Counted from the first letter of the stretch, positions 1-38,567 are shown. The stretch: DNA of 64,000 nt from Lingula anatina (GCA_051362555.1 CM120641.1:2170001-2234000); one strand, 5' to 3'. Notes: generated by a model not told the origin, from the letters alone. Numbers and translations: made by a program.

Positions 1-3000
1 AGGGGTACAGGTTTCATACTTGACTGGCACAAAAATTATTTGTGGTGCTTAACTTTAAAATAATCCCCAAACGATGAATATTGTATTTCCTTGATCTGTA
101 TTTCACAGCGGTGAGTGCAGACAAATGTAAAAAAGATGCCGTAGTCTTGCGATTAAATGGGCTATTAAAGTCTTCAGGAGCTGGGGATGATTTATTTATG
201 GGGGGACAGTGTAATACTGGTAATGTTTCACCTGAATCAGAACTACACTGGTGTACAGATGCCCTGTGCTGTAGAAGCAGGTAGTAAATATTCATGGACA
301 GTAGAGATGGTTCCAGTTACATAGGTTACCCACTCTGCATAGCAATTACATAGATTAGATTAAAGGCCTGTGGGCATGAGGCTGTGTAAAAGAGCCATAT
401 TAGATGCATCTCTGAGGCTCTTAATGATTATTGCTGATTAAGTAATTGAAATATTGTGTCCTGATGCTGTTAGTTGACACTGTTTTTTCTGCTGATATGC
501 AGTTGTTCGATTTGCTTGCGCCCATCCCTTTCCTTCCTGCTGTTTAAAAGCATTTGCAAATCAAATCTCGGAGAAAATGTTGCTTATGCGTAGCAAAGCG
601 AAAAACAATCCAATCTATTCAGTTACTGACACTACTTTTCTTAATGCGTGAGGAGATTTGATATACATTGTTTTTGAAAATCAGATATTGATTTCAGCTG
701 AATTGTTTTTTATTTTAAATCTTGGAAAAAGAAGAATATGTTCTTACACTCGTATGCATATACTCATGCACTGACACGTGCAACACATGCATGCACAAAC
801 TTCTGAACAGATACACAAAGCACCATTTTCATCAACCCTCATCAAAAAATTGATCAAATATTCATATGGGCAAAACAAAACCACAACAGCCCACCTAAGT
901 AACTTCACAGCTGGCTGGCCTATGCGTGTATTTAGAGCCCAGAAGTTTCTTTTTTTTTCTCTTCATAGGACTGACTCTGGATGTTTACATAGCGCATCTT
1001 TCTCCCATCTGTTACTAATCAGGTAACTAGGGCTAGGTATGCCGTTCCTTGGCCTCGGCTCATTCTTACTACATACCTCCGAGAGCACAGCGAGATGCTG
1101 CTGGAAACTCTGGATCTCTGGCTTGGAGAGTTTTTGAAGGAAATTGTTGTGAGAGGCTTCACAGCAATTTTTCTTAGTTTCCTAGCAAAGTTTTTTTTTA
1201 CATATCTTGAGTATTCAACTAAGGCAATTTTCAGTCAGAGGTTTCTGGAAAGTTTAGTGCTCTGTCTGTATTTTTTTGGCAACTTTTGCTTGATCTGAAC
1301 TTCCTGCAAGTGTATTTTTTTTAACTCTGCCAGATGTCTTATTATGATGAAGCAGATAGTAAAACTGAAGAAAAAACATTTAATGCACAAAATATTTTGT
1401 ACAAACTTGGTTCTACACAAAGCTGACATAAAAAAAACAAAAAAAAAAAATGCGCCCATGATTTTGCCCTGAAAATCTACTCTTAGCAACAAAAAAAATC
1501 ACCCCAGCTTTAGTCAGAACTAAAGAATATTTCCCCAAAAATGGTATGGTCAAAAATCAATAAATATTTCTTGAGATGGACCCCGGCACTGAGCTATTCC
1601 CAGCACAGGTAGAACTAGATTCTGGGACCAAATATAACTGGTCTGACTTGAACACCTAGGAGACGGTGATTTCATGTTGAAGTCACGGTGTCTAGGGAGT
1701 TCTAGCTGATCAATGCAAACCAACAGGATGGTTAATTGGGAAATATTCACAGCAAATCAAAGGAGATCAGAGACTGTGGAATATGAAAGTGGGAGTATGG
1801 AGAGAGAGAGAAAGACAGAGAGAAAGATCATCCTACACATGTTAAGCAAATCGGTTTACCTTCTTAATTGAATCAGAGGGGAGCAGATAATGCTGGTGTT
1901 TGCGGCACTTAGCCGTGGAGTGACATGATGAATGGCTTTATGATTGTAGCCAGGTTGCTGCAGCCAAACAACATAGTTGAGAGATGTTGATTTATTTCAA
2001 AGGTGGTAGCATGGAGATGATCAGGCTATCGTAACAGTCTAGTGGGAAAATTACCAGTGAATTCTCTACCTGTCTTGAAACCCACATGCAATGCACACAG
2101 CAACAAAACAACCTGGCTTTTACTGCTCAACGGTAATTAATTGATAACCTTGTTTACCAAAATCATACCTGACTTTTGATTTATGGTCAGAAGGGGTGGA
2201 AGGTGGCGACTCCTGGTGGCGGCTGTGGTACCTTCAATTAGATTTTTAAGACTTCCCGTTTGTTGAACAAGAAGACAAAAAAAAAATAGAAAAAAGCAAG
2301 CATTTTAAAGAAATTCTCATTTTTTTAACAAAAAGACGAAAAAAAAACTTGGAAAAAGCTGGTGTTGGGCTCTTGTGTTGTTTTAGTTCATATTTTTAAG
2401 AATGTTTGGTTTTCATATGAAGTCTTTTCCAACAAGTTGACATCAACTGTGCATACTAGAAAGAAACCAAAAGGATCCTGATAGAAATGGAAATATTCAA
2501 GAATTTTTTTACTGAAATGATGATCCATAAAGAAGCAATGATGTTTCTTTTCACTTTTTTCACAACCATATAAAGCGTTTTACCCAGCTGAAATTCATTA
2601 CTCATTAGTCTGTTGGATGCTGAGAGAGAGAGAGAAAAATTCCAAAGCATTCCCAGTCACTTGGCCCCATCTGACACATAGTCTAGGGGGATGATTTGTG
2701 GAAGGTAATTCCCCCTATAAATCAGTCTGATATTATTCACCTTGTGGCATATCATATTCTCATGAAGTGCAAACTGTTAAGACTATTGTGAATTTATAGT
2801 CAACCGCCTTGCTCACGTACTGCCGCAGAAGAATTAAATGCAATCACGAACATCTCTTTGTTCGATTAGAGAAGAATTTTCCCTTGCATGTCATGATGAA
2901 GATTATATAACCATGACACATGCCTTTTTCATTTCAAGCAGAGATAACCAAGACATGCAAATTAAGTAAAAAAAATGTTAAAACAAGTACTTTATAATGG

Positions 3001-4602
3001 ATGGTGTAGGTGTGTAAGGAGATTGTGTTGGTTGCCTCATAGAAATCTCAACTGCCACAATCTCCTCCAGTATCAGTTCAGGAAGAATGTGTTCTGCATT
3101 GGGTCTAAGCCAAGGTTTACAAAGTTGCCATCCCATAAATTTGCGTAATTCCTAGAACTAGTTTAGTTGGAATTTATTTTGTTTTGATAGAAATACAAGG
3201 AGTTATGTGCAGTTGGTGAATGACTTTTCCCTGCACTTGTTTGTTCACTTGGGAATTTTAACTCTGTGGTGCCAACAAAATAAAGGGAGGTTGAATTAAA
3301 TATTTAAAAACTCCTTTGAGTATTTTTACTGTTTTTTCCAGATATGTCTTCCTGTTAATTTGATGTTAATTTAAAGGGATAATAAGTCTTCATATGAGGT
3401 CTATATTTCACAATAAAAACATTGTGAATAACTCAAAGAAATATAATATATTCTGTTTTACGACAAAAACAGCAGTTAAAGCTATTATTCTGATATCTGA
3501 GCTTGTCTTCAGACCACGTGACCTCCATTGATGGCTATACTCTGTTATAATCTCTTAAGAGATTTTAACAAAAAACCAAACTTTTTAGAAAAAAACCAGG
3601 GACTAACTTTGAATGTAAAAATGGATTCATTAACCATTGGCAAGTACGGGAAAATTGTTTTTGACCCCAGGAAAATTCATTTTTTGGCCAAAATGAAGAG
3701 TTATTATCCCTTTAATATTAACCTCCTGTACATGTAGAATAGGACATTACATGTAATTGTAATAAGCAATACCAAAATTTATCACAGCAGTTAGTGTGTT
3801 TAAATATTATGTATTTTATTGTTAGAAGGAAGTAATGCCAAAATTTACCTGTGAATTAGGGGGATTTTTATTAAACAATTAAAATTAGCTATAGCATCAT
3901 GGCAAAATACCATTAAATATAACCTGAGAAGAATTAAGATGTGCTCAACAGATATTGATGACAGCAAATAAATATAAACTGCTGGCATTTTTCCAGTGAG
4001 TCTGGCACACAGTTTTAAGGACATTCAGGCTGGAATCCAACAGCTTTTTGGCAGAGTCTTATCTTGTTGTCAATATTAACCATTAATCAGGTTTCGCTGT
4101 AACCCTGAATGAGGTTTTGTTAATTTTTTATTCTGAAATTAATGATAGGCTTCAGGCCCATTTCCAGTACAGTTGTGATGGTGTGTGGTAACAGGATATT
4201 GTAACGGGAGTCATCCGAGATTGCCAAAGTCTCACTGTTTTTCCTAAAATTGAACAAGATTTCATGAGGTTTGGGAGAGAGTGGGGTCAGCATTATTGGC
4301 AGATTGAGACTTCAGTTTTGTCTTGTCTTGTATTTTAACCCTGCTTATCACTCTGCCACACTGCCATAAGTTCAATCTCACTGTGTTCATCAGGATGTGA
4401 CTCGTGCTCAGCAAATGTTTATTGGTTATTCATTGGTTGTGATCAGAGTGCCTACCGTACACGCAAGGCATGATCTAGCCCACTTGTCTAACTGACTGCC
4501 AGTTGGTTAATATCATCGTATCAATTAATGCTTAAACCACATAAAGTGGTAATAAAAAAGATACAAGGGTTATATTGGCTATTTGTAATTTGTATCTTTC
4601 AG

Positions 4603-28741
<24,139 letters not shown>

Positions 28742-31700
28742 TTTTCACAGAAGCCCACTCACAAAGCTGAGTGAATAGACTGGCAGACTGGAATTGCTAC
28801 TACTACTACTACTTCTACTATTTCTATCTCAGTGATCCCAAGGCAGCAGACTCGGAGACAAAGAAATATGCCTGTGGTTTGGACTCTTTCATATAATTTT
28901 TTTTTCAAATCGGGAGCGACACAGGCATATTGGGGCATGGTTTGTCTAGTACGCCATCTAGTGGCAGAACATTATGGGATGGTCATGGAAGCCACTGCCA
29001 TGGCATCAGACATTGGTCCACCTCTGGTGACGAAGATGTCCATGAAATAGTGGCAAATCGAAGAGTATGGTCATCGAGTTGTATTCCATTTTATTTATGG
29101 TCATCTCTAAGGACAGAGTGGCTGAAAAAGTAGTGACCAATAAAGAGGGGATTGGTCACTTCATATTTGGAGGGGCTGATAAGTTGAGCCAAGCAGATGT
29201 TGAAGGAGGTCTCTATTGTATCATAAAAGGCAATTTGAATATTCTTCTATTGCAATATTCTGAGTTGTGAGAGAGAGAGGACTTCAGAGAGAATTGTGAC
29301 ATATTATGAAAAAAAAACGAGTTCTATTTATTGTTCATGGTCAGTGTTTAAAGCTGACAAAATGTATTATATTGTTTATGTATAGATTTATGTTTTAGGC
29401 CTAGCCTAGAAGAGCCTCTGCTCACATGCTGGCAGTTAGTGCTATTTAAGGGTCTTCCCTGTTTAGTATTTAAGAGAACTGGGACTTAATTCCCAGTAAT
29501 TCCCAAATACTTGGAACTGTTTTGATTTTAAAGTGCATGTTATTATTTACATTTTATGTGCTGTCTAGAGGACACACGCTCCTCTAAGGTTCAATTTGCA
29601 AACTTGTCTATATGCAATGGTTTTAAGAATCTTGTGTCTGAATTGTTTTTTCCTTTATATGCAGATCATCTTTCTTTGTTTTAGAATATTGCTTTTAGAA
29701 ATATTGACTATATAAATCAGTTTGAAGAATGCTTTCAAAAAGGGCATATGCAGTGAAAGCATCATTTTCGGCAAATTCTGTTAATTGTTATTGTTCAGGA
29801 CAGTGAGAAACTATTTTGTATAATTTGGTGCTGAAAGGGATGAAATTGTTCTTCATCTCTTTGTATGAATTTACAGAAACTATCTTTCTAACTACAATTT
29901 TTTAATATCTAAAAGAAAGAGGGGTATGCAATTGTATAGAATTTGCCCTTCCTTCTACGGCACTATTTATGAACAAAATAACTCCTACACTCTCTCTCTC
30001 TCTCTCTCTCTCTAACTCTCTCATACATCAAAATAAAAAACAAAAATGAACAACTGAAACTATGGTCATGTAGAAAGGCAGTGTTTGAACATAGCATATC
30101 TTAGGCCAATATATGTTTTTGGCTAATGCTGCGAACTCTATATATGTGTACATTGTACAGTCCTTCCCCCTTCAGTGGAAAACGGACCCTGAGAGGCACT
30201 GCATGTGCCAATCAGAGACAAGCTATAGTGCACTTTCTTTATCTTGCCACCTATGGCATTTTGTAAGATAGAATTCTTATGATTATTACAATTATCATTA
30301 TTAATACAATTCAATTTTAGTACATTTGTATAGTATTTTGTGTTGTTGGTTGTCGATATTGAAAAAAAATATAGTATTTTAGAGACAATGTCCAAGTATT
30401 CGTATACGTGTAATTTGTCGTTTTAAATTATTAGTGACATATTAAATATCTATTCTTTGTAAATAAATTATTCTTAAATGATCACATTTCATAGTCCCCT
30501 ATCCCATTGAGTTGTAGGATTGATTTTTTGATCTTACACCAAGATAATTTTACTTAATTCGTCAGACATGAAGGATACCACTAGTTTGTGACCAAGTTTT
30601 CTTTTAAGTTCTTCATTCAGATTTAAGATGAAGACCTATTATTTTGTACATTTTGCTTATCATAATTTATTTGGTATGCTTGTGGAGAAAAGTGTCATGT
30701 AACTGATGCATAGCCTTGCCGAAGCAAAAACCAGATATGGGCAAGAATGTCCCATGTGCCAGATATTTCCTTTATTGGAACAACTTGAGAAAACCATATT
30801 TAATTACATATTACGTTTGAATGCCCATTTTGAACACATTGGCACTAGATTTTATTAATTTATTTTTATATCAAGACATGCATCAACCACCTTAGATTAA
30901 TAAGCTCTCTCTTAGTTCATGTGGCACTCCACTGAGTGGGATGGCATTTTGGTTATAAGTATTGGGACCACCAGAAAGAATAGTGAGGAAATTTAGACAT
31001 TTCTAAACATCCTCACCAATTAAAAGTTTATATTTGCCCATTCTGCAAGAGTACCACAGAACTAATTTGGAGCCTCAAAAGAGTAACTCTGTTTGTGCCA
31101 GTCTTTTCACACCTTTGTTGTTTTTTTTTAAATCCACCAGGTAAAGTCCATGATAATTTTTGTATTTATACAAATGAAGTTGATCTATAGTTGTGAGTTT
31201 TGGTACAAGTACCCAGGAACCAGGGCAGGTTTTTTTTTTTTTTCATTAGCTTGCATGTCACCATCGTATAAACATTTAGAGATGTTATAGATCTCTTACT
31301 GTGATGGATGAGTCTGTTCTTGACAATTAAGACATGCAACAAGTACAAGATCACCAGTTTTATCCGATAGTATTGATTTATTTCAAACACTTGATATTGC
31401 ACTTATCATGGTCTCATTATGTCTCTCCTAAGATGGCACACAGAGATGAGCCTCAACCAGGCTGTTGCAAGAAGGAATTCAGAGCAGAAAAAAAAATGGT
31501 TCACATTTGTATACGAGAAAGTGGAAGTGTAGGGCATGGAAAAAGGAATGTTTAGAAAAAAAACGGGCATGTGAACAAAGCAGTCTTAATCCCATTATAG
31601 AAAGTGTCACTTTTTCAGTTTGTTTTATGGCCTCCAAGTTTTGGGATATTATAATTGTAAGGTATGGCTATTATATGGTTTATTGGGCATCATTCTGATT

Positions 31701-31839
31701 TTTGAGAAATACTGAAACTTCAACCTTCAGGCTCTGTGCAATGTATTGCTTTCGGTTCTCATGGCAGTGCATGATTGTGAATATTACCAAAAGATCAAAC
31801 TTAGTCAGCATTAATAATGTGATCATCAGTATTTATATA

Positions 31840-31845
31840 AATAAA
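31840..31845 (+). terminator. Candidate polyadenylation signal (AATAAA) for ZMIZ, implying a ~3.1-kb 3'UTR
   Basis: AATAAA followed by T/G-rich sequence, shortly before the 3' end of the convergent gene; other AATAAA hexamers exist upstream, so position is tentative. Confidence 0.35.
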
Positions 31846-32510
31846 ACAGATTGGCGTCTGAATGAAACTTGTCTCATTTGTTGCTTCCTCTTAATTTTAA
31901 AATTCTATCATAGTAAACCTAAAGTTAAGTATGGGATAGTCCTCTCTTTGGATTTTATGACAAATGTGAGCAAATTTGAAATTGGATCCCAAAATTTTTT
32001 AATTTTCATGACGTGGAACATTTAAATGTCTTTTAAACAAAAGAGCAGATGTCTGAAAGAATCAAATAGTGGGTGATGGGGACCAAAAACAGGAAGAATG
32101 AGAGAATACGGTGAACTTCTGTATAGTATATTTTATTCAGCAAAGACTGCATATAGAAACATACAATTGGTTTAAAACCCTGAGTAACAGACTCGTAACG
32201 AGATACAGAATAAAGATTTTAAAAAGTTGTATGAGATTTAAAAATCTTTTCTGCTTTACTGAGGACATATGCACCACTTCTGTCATTTGAAACGTCTATT
32301 TACCATTGGTGCAGTCTGTGGGTGTTTTTTTTTTTTTTTTTTTTGTGACAGTGGTAACATTAAATTCAAATAATTTCACCTCATATTTGAAATATTCCAT
32401 TTTTTTTTTTTTTTTTTTTTTTGCAAGAGTGTATAATATAAGTACTAAATAATATATAAACATTTTGTTAAATACATATAACCAAAATTAAGAAAGCTCT
32501 TATTTATGAT

Positions 32511-32545
<35 letters not shown>

Positions 32546-32910
32546 TCTATTTAACACCGGTTATGAGGGAAACATACTGAAATGAACATGTGGCAGAGCC
32601 TGTCTGCTGATCGCTGGGGTTGAATTTTTTTATAAATAAAACAGTGCATTTTGATCGTTTGAATGAAAGCTATATAAATCCTCTCATCATTTCAATGCCC
32701 AACATGTTCATAATATGAGCTTTGATTTATCGCTATGACTTTTTCACGATGACTTTTTTCTCAGATTAAACATTTTTCATATATCATATTTTCATCATTT
32801 GACCGTTTAATTGCATCTTAATGTGATGTTTTTAATTTCCTTAAAAATCAATAAAAATATTAAATACATCCCCCCACCCGAAGGCATCGTAAAATTGAGA
32901 TGCCTTTGTA

Positions 32911-35900
32911 TTAGTCCTCGAAATCGGACAAATAGCCCTCTTCACCCCAGGCTTCTCGAGCACGCTTAGCTGTGTTTTGTACAGGTGTTGCTGGTTTCTT
33001 ACGGCGGCGACGATGATGTGCGGCGGTAGGCCGAGAACCTTTGGTCACCTTCCTTGTTTCATTGCCCTTTTCCTCATTTGTCCGTCGTGATGTCCTATTT
33101 TCTATAACAGTGGGGGCTGGTGTGACAGCTCGAGGTTTGACTGTCACGTGGTTGTTGCTGGCTGTAAGGCGCTGCTGAAGACGCTGTGTGGTCTTGTACG
33201 CGCGAGGTAAAACGAAGCCACTTGAGGCTTTGTCAGTGCGGCGGGCCGAGGCAGGGTTGCTCCCAAGTCCTGAATCTTGACTATACTGAGCGTTGCCCAA
33301 TGTGGGTGGAGTCTGGGCTGTGGCCCCCGATCTGGATATATAAAACGAATTTCTTTAACCCAACTGATTCTCTCTTTTAGTATTGCACATTGAACTTATA
33401 AATACTAAATATCATGTCATTTCACCACCAATTTTAAAAGATAAAACCATGATTAAGTAAAAAAAATGATAAAAGTTTAATTAGAATATTATCACGCCGT
33501 TCTCCATCTATAAACAATTAACCATAGTTATGTAAAAGAAATAAGACTCTTACCTGAAATGTTCAGATTGGACAACCCCACGGTTTAGTATTGATTGTGA
33601 ACAAGGTGGCGATAAAGCTATTTCAGAAACACTTGAATCAGAGTCTGTTCCACAAACAGATTTTGGGGTGCTGTTTTCCCTGGAAGCTGTGTTTCCGACG
33701 GCGATTTCTTCCCCAGGTTGGGATATGACGCTGGTAGCTCTATCATGGCCATTTTGGAAGTTGTTCTCTTCTTGGTGAACAGTTTCAATTTGGTTAGATT
33801 CCGATGAGACGCTGGAGTGTATTTCCTCTGAAATAGATGTTTCAGTAACTGGTTTGATGTCAGTCGAGAGGAACGTCTCAGAAAAACAACTGTATGGAGC
33901 GATGTCTTCAATAATACTAAGGTCGCTGTCAGACCCTGGCACCGCTTTCACAGTATTAACCAAGTGCGAGTCATCTGGTGTTAAAGGCGACTCGACACCA
34001 GTCTTCGTATAATGTTGGACGTTTTCACAGGATCCACAAATTTCCTCTGAGATGGAGGTTTCACTAGTGCTGATGTCTGGTCTTGTTACTGAGGTCTTAT
34101 TGCTGCTGGATAAAACAGAAATCTCAGACAAGCAGCTGAACGCAGCAAGGTCTTCAGGGATGGTTGAATCACTTCTGTCGCTAGAATTTCCACCCTTAGC
34201 TGCAACTGAATCTGGAAACATGGATAAGGCGGGTTTTACCCTGGATCCGTCGCCCGTATCCGCGTACCGATGTTCATGTACTTCCCCTATATCCTCTGGG
34301 ATAGAGATGTCACTTGTCCTAATATCGGGTCTTATATTTGGTGCTTTGTTCTGGTCCACCTGTATTTCCCCGATTTCCTCTGGAATAGAGGTATCACTTG
34401 GGCTTATGTCGGGTATTGCTGCTGGTGCTTTATTGGTATCCGACCCACGAGAATCAGATGAACAGCTGAAGGAATCAAGATCCTCGGGGATACTTAATTC
34501 ACTTTTGTCGCTGTCGGATCCTTGTTCAGCTTCAAGTGAATCAGGCGACTGTTGCACAGTAGGTACTATTATGGACACGACTCTTGTTTCATTGGCCTGA
34601 TGTACGTGTGTGTCCACTTCCCCGATTACCTCTACAATAGAGGTGTCACTGCTGCTGATATCGGGTCTTAGTTTTGGTGCTTTGTTGATATCTGACATAG
34701 GAGAGTCTTCAGATGGACAGCTGAAGGCGACAAGAACCTCTTTGATGCTGATATCAGTTTCGTCGCTGTTTGTTTCCTGCTCAGCCACAACTGGAGCAGG
34801 CGACTTTGATGCAGATGGTGCAACTGATGCAATTGGTGTTCCGTGATTCTCGCTTCTGATTTCTTCAAAGAAAGTGTTCCCACTTGAGTCAATTTCCTGC
34901 CCAGCTTTAGGTGCGTTGTCGGTATTTGGTCTAAGAGAGTCATCTGAGGGGCGGCGGAAGGGAACAATTTCGCCCAAAATGACTTTGTTTTCAAAGACAG
35001 CGTGCCCACTTGAGTCAATTCCCTGTCCTTCTTTAGGCGTGTTGTCGGTATTTGGTCCAAGAGAGTCGTCAGATGGGCAGCGGAAGGGAAGAATTTCGTC
35101 AAAAATTATATCGCCTTCAAAGACAGTGTGCTCACTTGAGTCAATTCCTTGCCCTGCTGCAGGTGCGTTGTCGATACTTGGTCCAATAGAATCATTAGAT
35201 GGGCAGCGGATGGGAACAATTTGAAAGCTTGAGTCAAGTTCTTGCCCTACTGCGGGTGCGTTGTCGGTATTTTGTGTAAGAGAGTCGTCAGACGGGCAAT
35301 GGAAGAGAAATTTTTTGTCAAAAATGACTTCTTCAAAGAAAGTGTTCCCGCTTGAGTCAAATTCGTGTCCTGCTTTAGCAGCCGTGTCGGTATTTGGTCG
35401 AGGAGAATCATCAAATGGATATTTGAAGGGAACGCTTTCGTCATGTTTATCCTTGTTGGATCTAGGTTTAGCTGAATCAGGCAACTTTGATGCAATCGGT
35501 GTTCCGAGTGAGACCTCTTTCTTATTCTGATACTCGCTTCTGATTCCTTCAAAGACATTATTCCCACTTGAGTCAATTCCCTGCCCTGTTTTAGGTGCGT
35601 TGTCGGAATTTGGTCTAAGAGAGTCATCTGAGGGGCGGCGGAAGGGAACAATTTCGCCCAAAATGACGTTGTCTTCGAAGGTAGCGTTCCCACTTGAGTC
35701 AATTCCCTGTCCTACTTTAGGCGTGTTGTCGGTATTTGGTCCAAGAGAGTCGTCAGATGGGCAGTGGAAGGGAACAATTGTGTCAAGAGTGACTTCCATA
35801 TCAAAGAAAGTGTTCCCACTAGAGTCATACCCATGCCCTGCTTTAGCAGCGTTGTCGGTATTTGGTCCAGGAGAATCATTTAATGGATATTTGAAGGGAA

Positions 35901-38567
35901 CATTTTTGTCAATAACGTTTTCGTCACATTTATCCATGTTGGATCTAGGTTTAGCTGAATCAAGCGACTTTGATGCAATCGGTGTTCCGAGCGCGAACTC
36001 TTTCTCATTCTGATGCTCGCTTCTGATTCCTTCAAAGATAGTCTTCCCACTTGAGTCAATGCCCTGTCCTGCTGCAGGTGCGTTATCAGTATTTGGTCCA
36101 AGAGAGTCGTCAGATGGACAGCGGAAGGGAACAATTTCGTCAAAAACGATTTTCCCTTCAGAGGCAGTGTTCCCACTTGAGTCAATCCCCTGCGCAGCTC
36201 TAGGTGTGTTGTCAGAGTTTGGTCCAAGAGAGTCGTCAGATGGACAGCGGAAGGGAACAATTTCGCCCAAAATGACGTTGTCGTCGAAGGCAATGTTCCC
36301 ACTTGAGTCAATTCCCTGTCCTACTTTAGGTGTGTTATCGGAATTTGGTCCAAGAGAGTCGTCAGATGGGCAGCGGAAGGGAACAATTTCGTCCAAAATT
36401 ATTTCCCCTTCAAAGACAGTGTGCTCAATTGAGTCAATTTCCTGCCCTGCTGCAGGTGCGTTGTCGGTATTTGGTCCAAGAGAGTCGTCAGATGGGCAGC
36501 GGAAGGGAACAACCTTGTCAAGAATGACTTCCATATCAAAGACAGTGTTCCCACCTGAGTCAATTCCCTGTCCTGATTTACGTGCGTTGTCGGTATTTGG
36601 TCCAAGAGAGTCGTCAGATGGGCAGCGGAAGGGAATGATTTCGTCAAAAATCACTCCGTTGTGTTTATCCATGCTGGATCCAGGTTCAGCTAAATGGGGA
36701 GATGGTGCATCTTTCTCCTCGCCCCATACCTCCAAGATGGAGGTTGCACTTGAGCTGATGTAAGCACGGGCCTTAGGTGTATCGCTGATGTATGACAGGA
36801 CAGAGACGTCGCTCGGAGAGCTGTAGGCTGCCGGGTCCTCACGGATAATGTCGTCGCTTGCGCCGCTGTTTTGTCTCATGCACCCAGGTTCACTGAGAGT
36901 GGCACATGAAAGTGAGACTTCAGATGAAGAACCAGACACATCTACTTTGACGGGACCTGGTGTTTCATTAGATACAGCTGCCGGCAATGTGTCATCTTCC
37001 TCAGGGGTGTAAGGTGACACAAAGATCACGGTTGTTGGCTGTGGTTTCTCAGGAGTTTCTTCAAGTGAGCTGCTGTATTTGCTCTCAGTGCAGGCTCCTG
37101 AGGTGGTCTGGTGAACAGCTTGCACCTGTACCTCCACCATTTGCTTCATGTCTTCCTGTCCAATGAATGCGGGCAGTGACATATCTGAGGTACCGTGAAA
37201 AGCTGTAGTTATCTCGCTCATCCCGTCAGCCATAAAAGTGTCATCTAGTCCAATGTAAGATCCAGCGTCATCTGCCTTGGTTTCTGTAAAGGACACAGAC
37301 AAGGTGACTACTTCATCGGGACTGCCACTTGTTCCAAGGGAAACTGCTTTCTCGGTCTCTCTGGGCAGATTTGCGCTCGCTACAGTCTCGCTGGTGGTGT
37401 CTATGGTTTGTGTAGGGAACGCATTTCCCGGTGTTTCAGGTGTTCTAGAGGGAGGCGGTGGAGGGATAGCCTCACCCTCTGGGGTCTCACTTTGCTGGGT
37501 CCTAGGTTCTGGGGATAGTACTAGACCTGGGACGACTGCGGGCAAAGGATCAACCACAGCTACTCTATAACAATAAATAAAACCAATTTTCGAAAAGTCG
37601 AAAACGCCAACGTCTAGCAATTTTTACTAGGTCTATTCTTACACAGTTATTATTTAACAGTAAATGAGAATATTTTTTTAAAAAGTTAAAAGCGCCAGTA
37701 TGCAGCAATCCTAATTAGGCCTTGAATAGTTTATATTAGTTGTAGGTATAAAATAACTTATATTGTTTGTGCTTTTGAACTCTTTTTATAGGTGACGCCA
37801 GGTAGCTGACGTCGTTTTGATCATCCAGTCTTCGTTAAAAAAACATATCTGACAAAGCAAGTGAATAAGTTCTGGTATGCATGATAGGTTTAGCTTCCAA
37901 TGGAATGTAACTTTTTATTTACAGAGACAGATGATGCAAAAAATGGGCAGAAAAGATGTTGTAAATTATTTTTTAAAATCTGCATGCTTGGCTTATATCT
38001 TTTTTTAAAAAAAACTTACTTTACCATTTAATTTGTGCAGAAAGGGATATCATATAAACCCATTGTTTAAATAACAAAAAAAAAAAAAAAAAAAAAAAAA
38101 AAAACAAAGTCCCTGCCCACAAGCCAAGTGCCAAGTAACACAATAATACCTTAACATACTATACATGCGATCCCTACTCATTATTTCTAACTAAGATTAT
38201 TTGTTAAAGAAATTTAAACCTCTCCATTATAAGAGAGAAACAGGCCGCTGATTGAAGGAAGTTTTTGTATAACTTTTCATTTTCTTTCACTTAAGTGAGA
38301 CTAGATGATCATTGAATTGACGCTAGCTGTGGTTTGTTATATTTATGTAATACACAACTTTTCATAATTCGTAGGCATTGAGAGTAATGAGACAACGTAA
38401 TATGTGAATATGGAGTCTCTAGTAAGAGCAAAGGAAAGCAATACTTACTGTGTCAGTTTTTCATTGTTCTCGGTTACGGAGTCTGGTCTCCTGAACTCTA
38501 TAACTCGGGTCGAACCCGAAGAACAACAACTGACACTTCTCCAGGCTCTTCTTAGCCAGGAAGGCAT
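32911..38567 (-). CDS. Uncharacterised 1516-aa Ser/Asp/Glu/Pro-rich protein with 42-aa tandem repeats (3 exons)
   Basis: Exon 1 38567-38449 (MPSWLRRAWRSVSCCSSG..., CA|gtaagt), exon 2 37564-33554 (4011 nt, ttatag| ... AG|gtaaga), exon 3 33331-32911 (tccag|, ends ...AWGEEGYLSDFED*). Phases 2/2 join the three ORFs in frame (4551 nt). No recognisable globular domain. Confidence 0.8.
34860..36660 (-). repeat. Coding tandem repeat, 126-bp / 42-aa unit (~13 well-conserved copies, plus degenerate copies on both sides)
   Basis: Consensus IxFDEIVPFRCPSDDSLGPNTDNAPxxGQGIDSSGNTxFExx; DNA motif ccaagagagtcgtcagatgg recurs at 126-bp spacing (e.g. 36476, 36602); periodic ~36-aa insert (IRSE...GTPIAS) gives higher-order structure. 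Confidence 0.92.

Noticed and set aside
1-4600. First coding exons of ZMIZ
   Set aside because: No segment encoding the expected N-terminal ZMIZ motifs was found; short ORFs here look like random intronic frames.
34052-37570. Multiple + strand ORFs (up to 234 aa) with repeats
   Set aside because: Antisense shadows of the repetitive minus-strand exon.
33550-37620. 1356-aa single-exon ORF as a complete gene or transposon polyprotein
   Set aside because: Non-ATG start lies in an intron; splice sites link it to flanking exons; no RT, integrase or transposase motifs.
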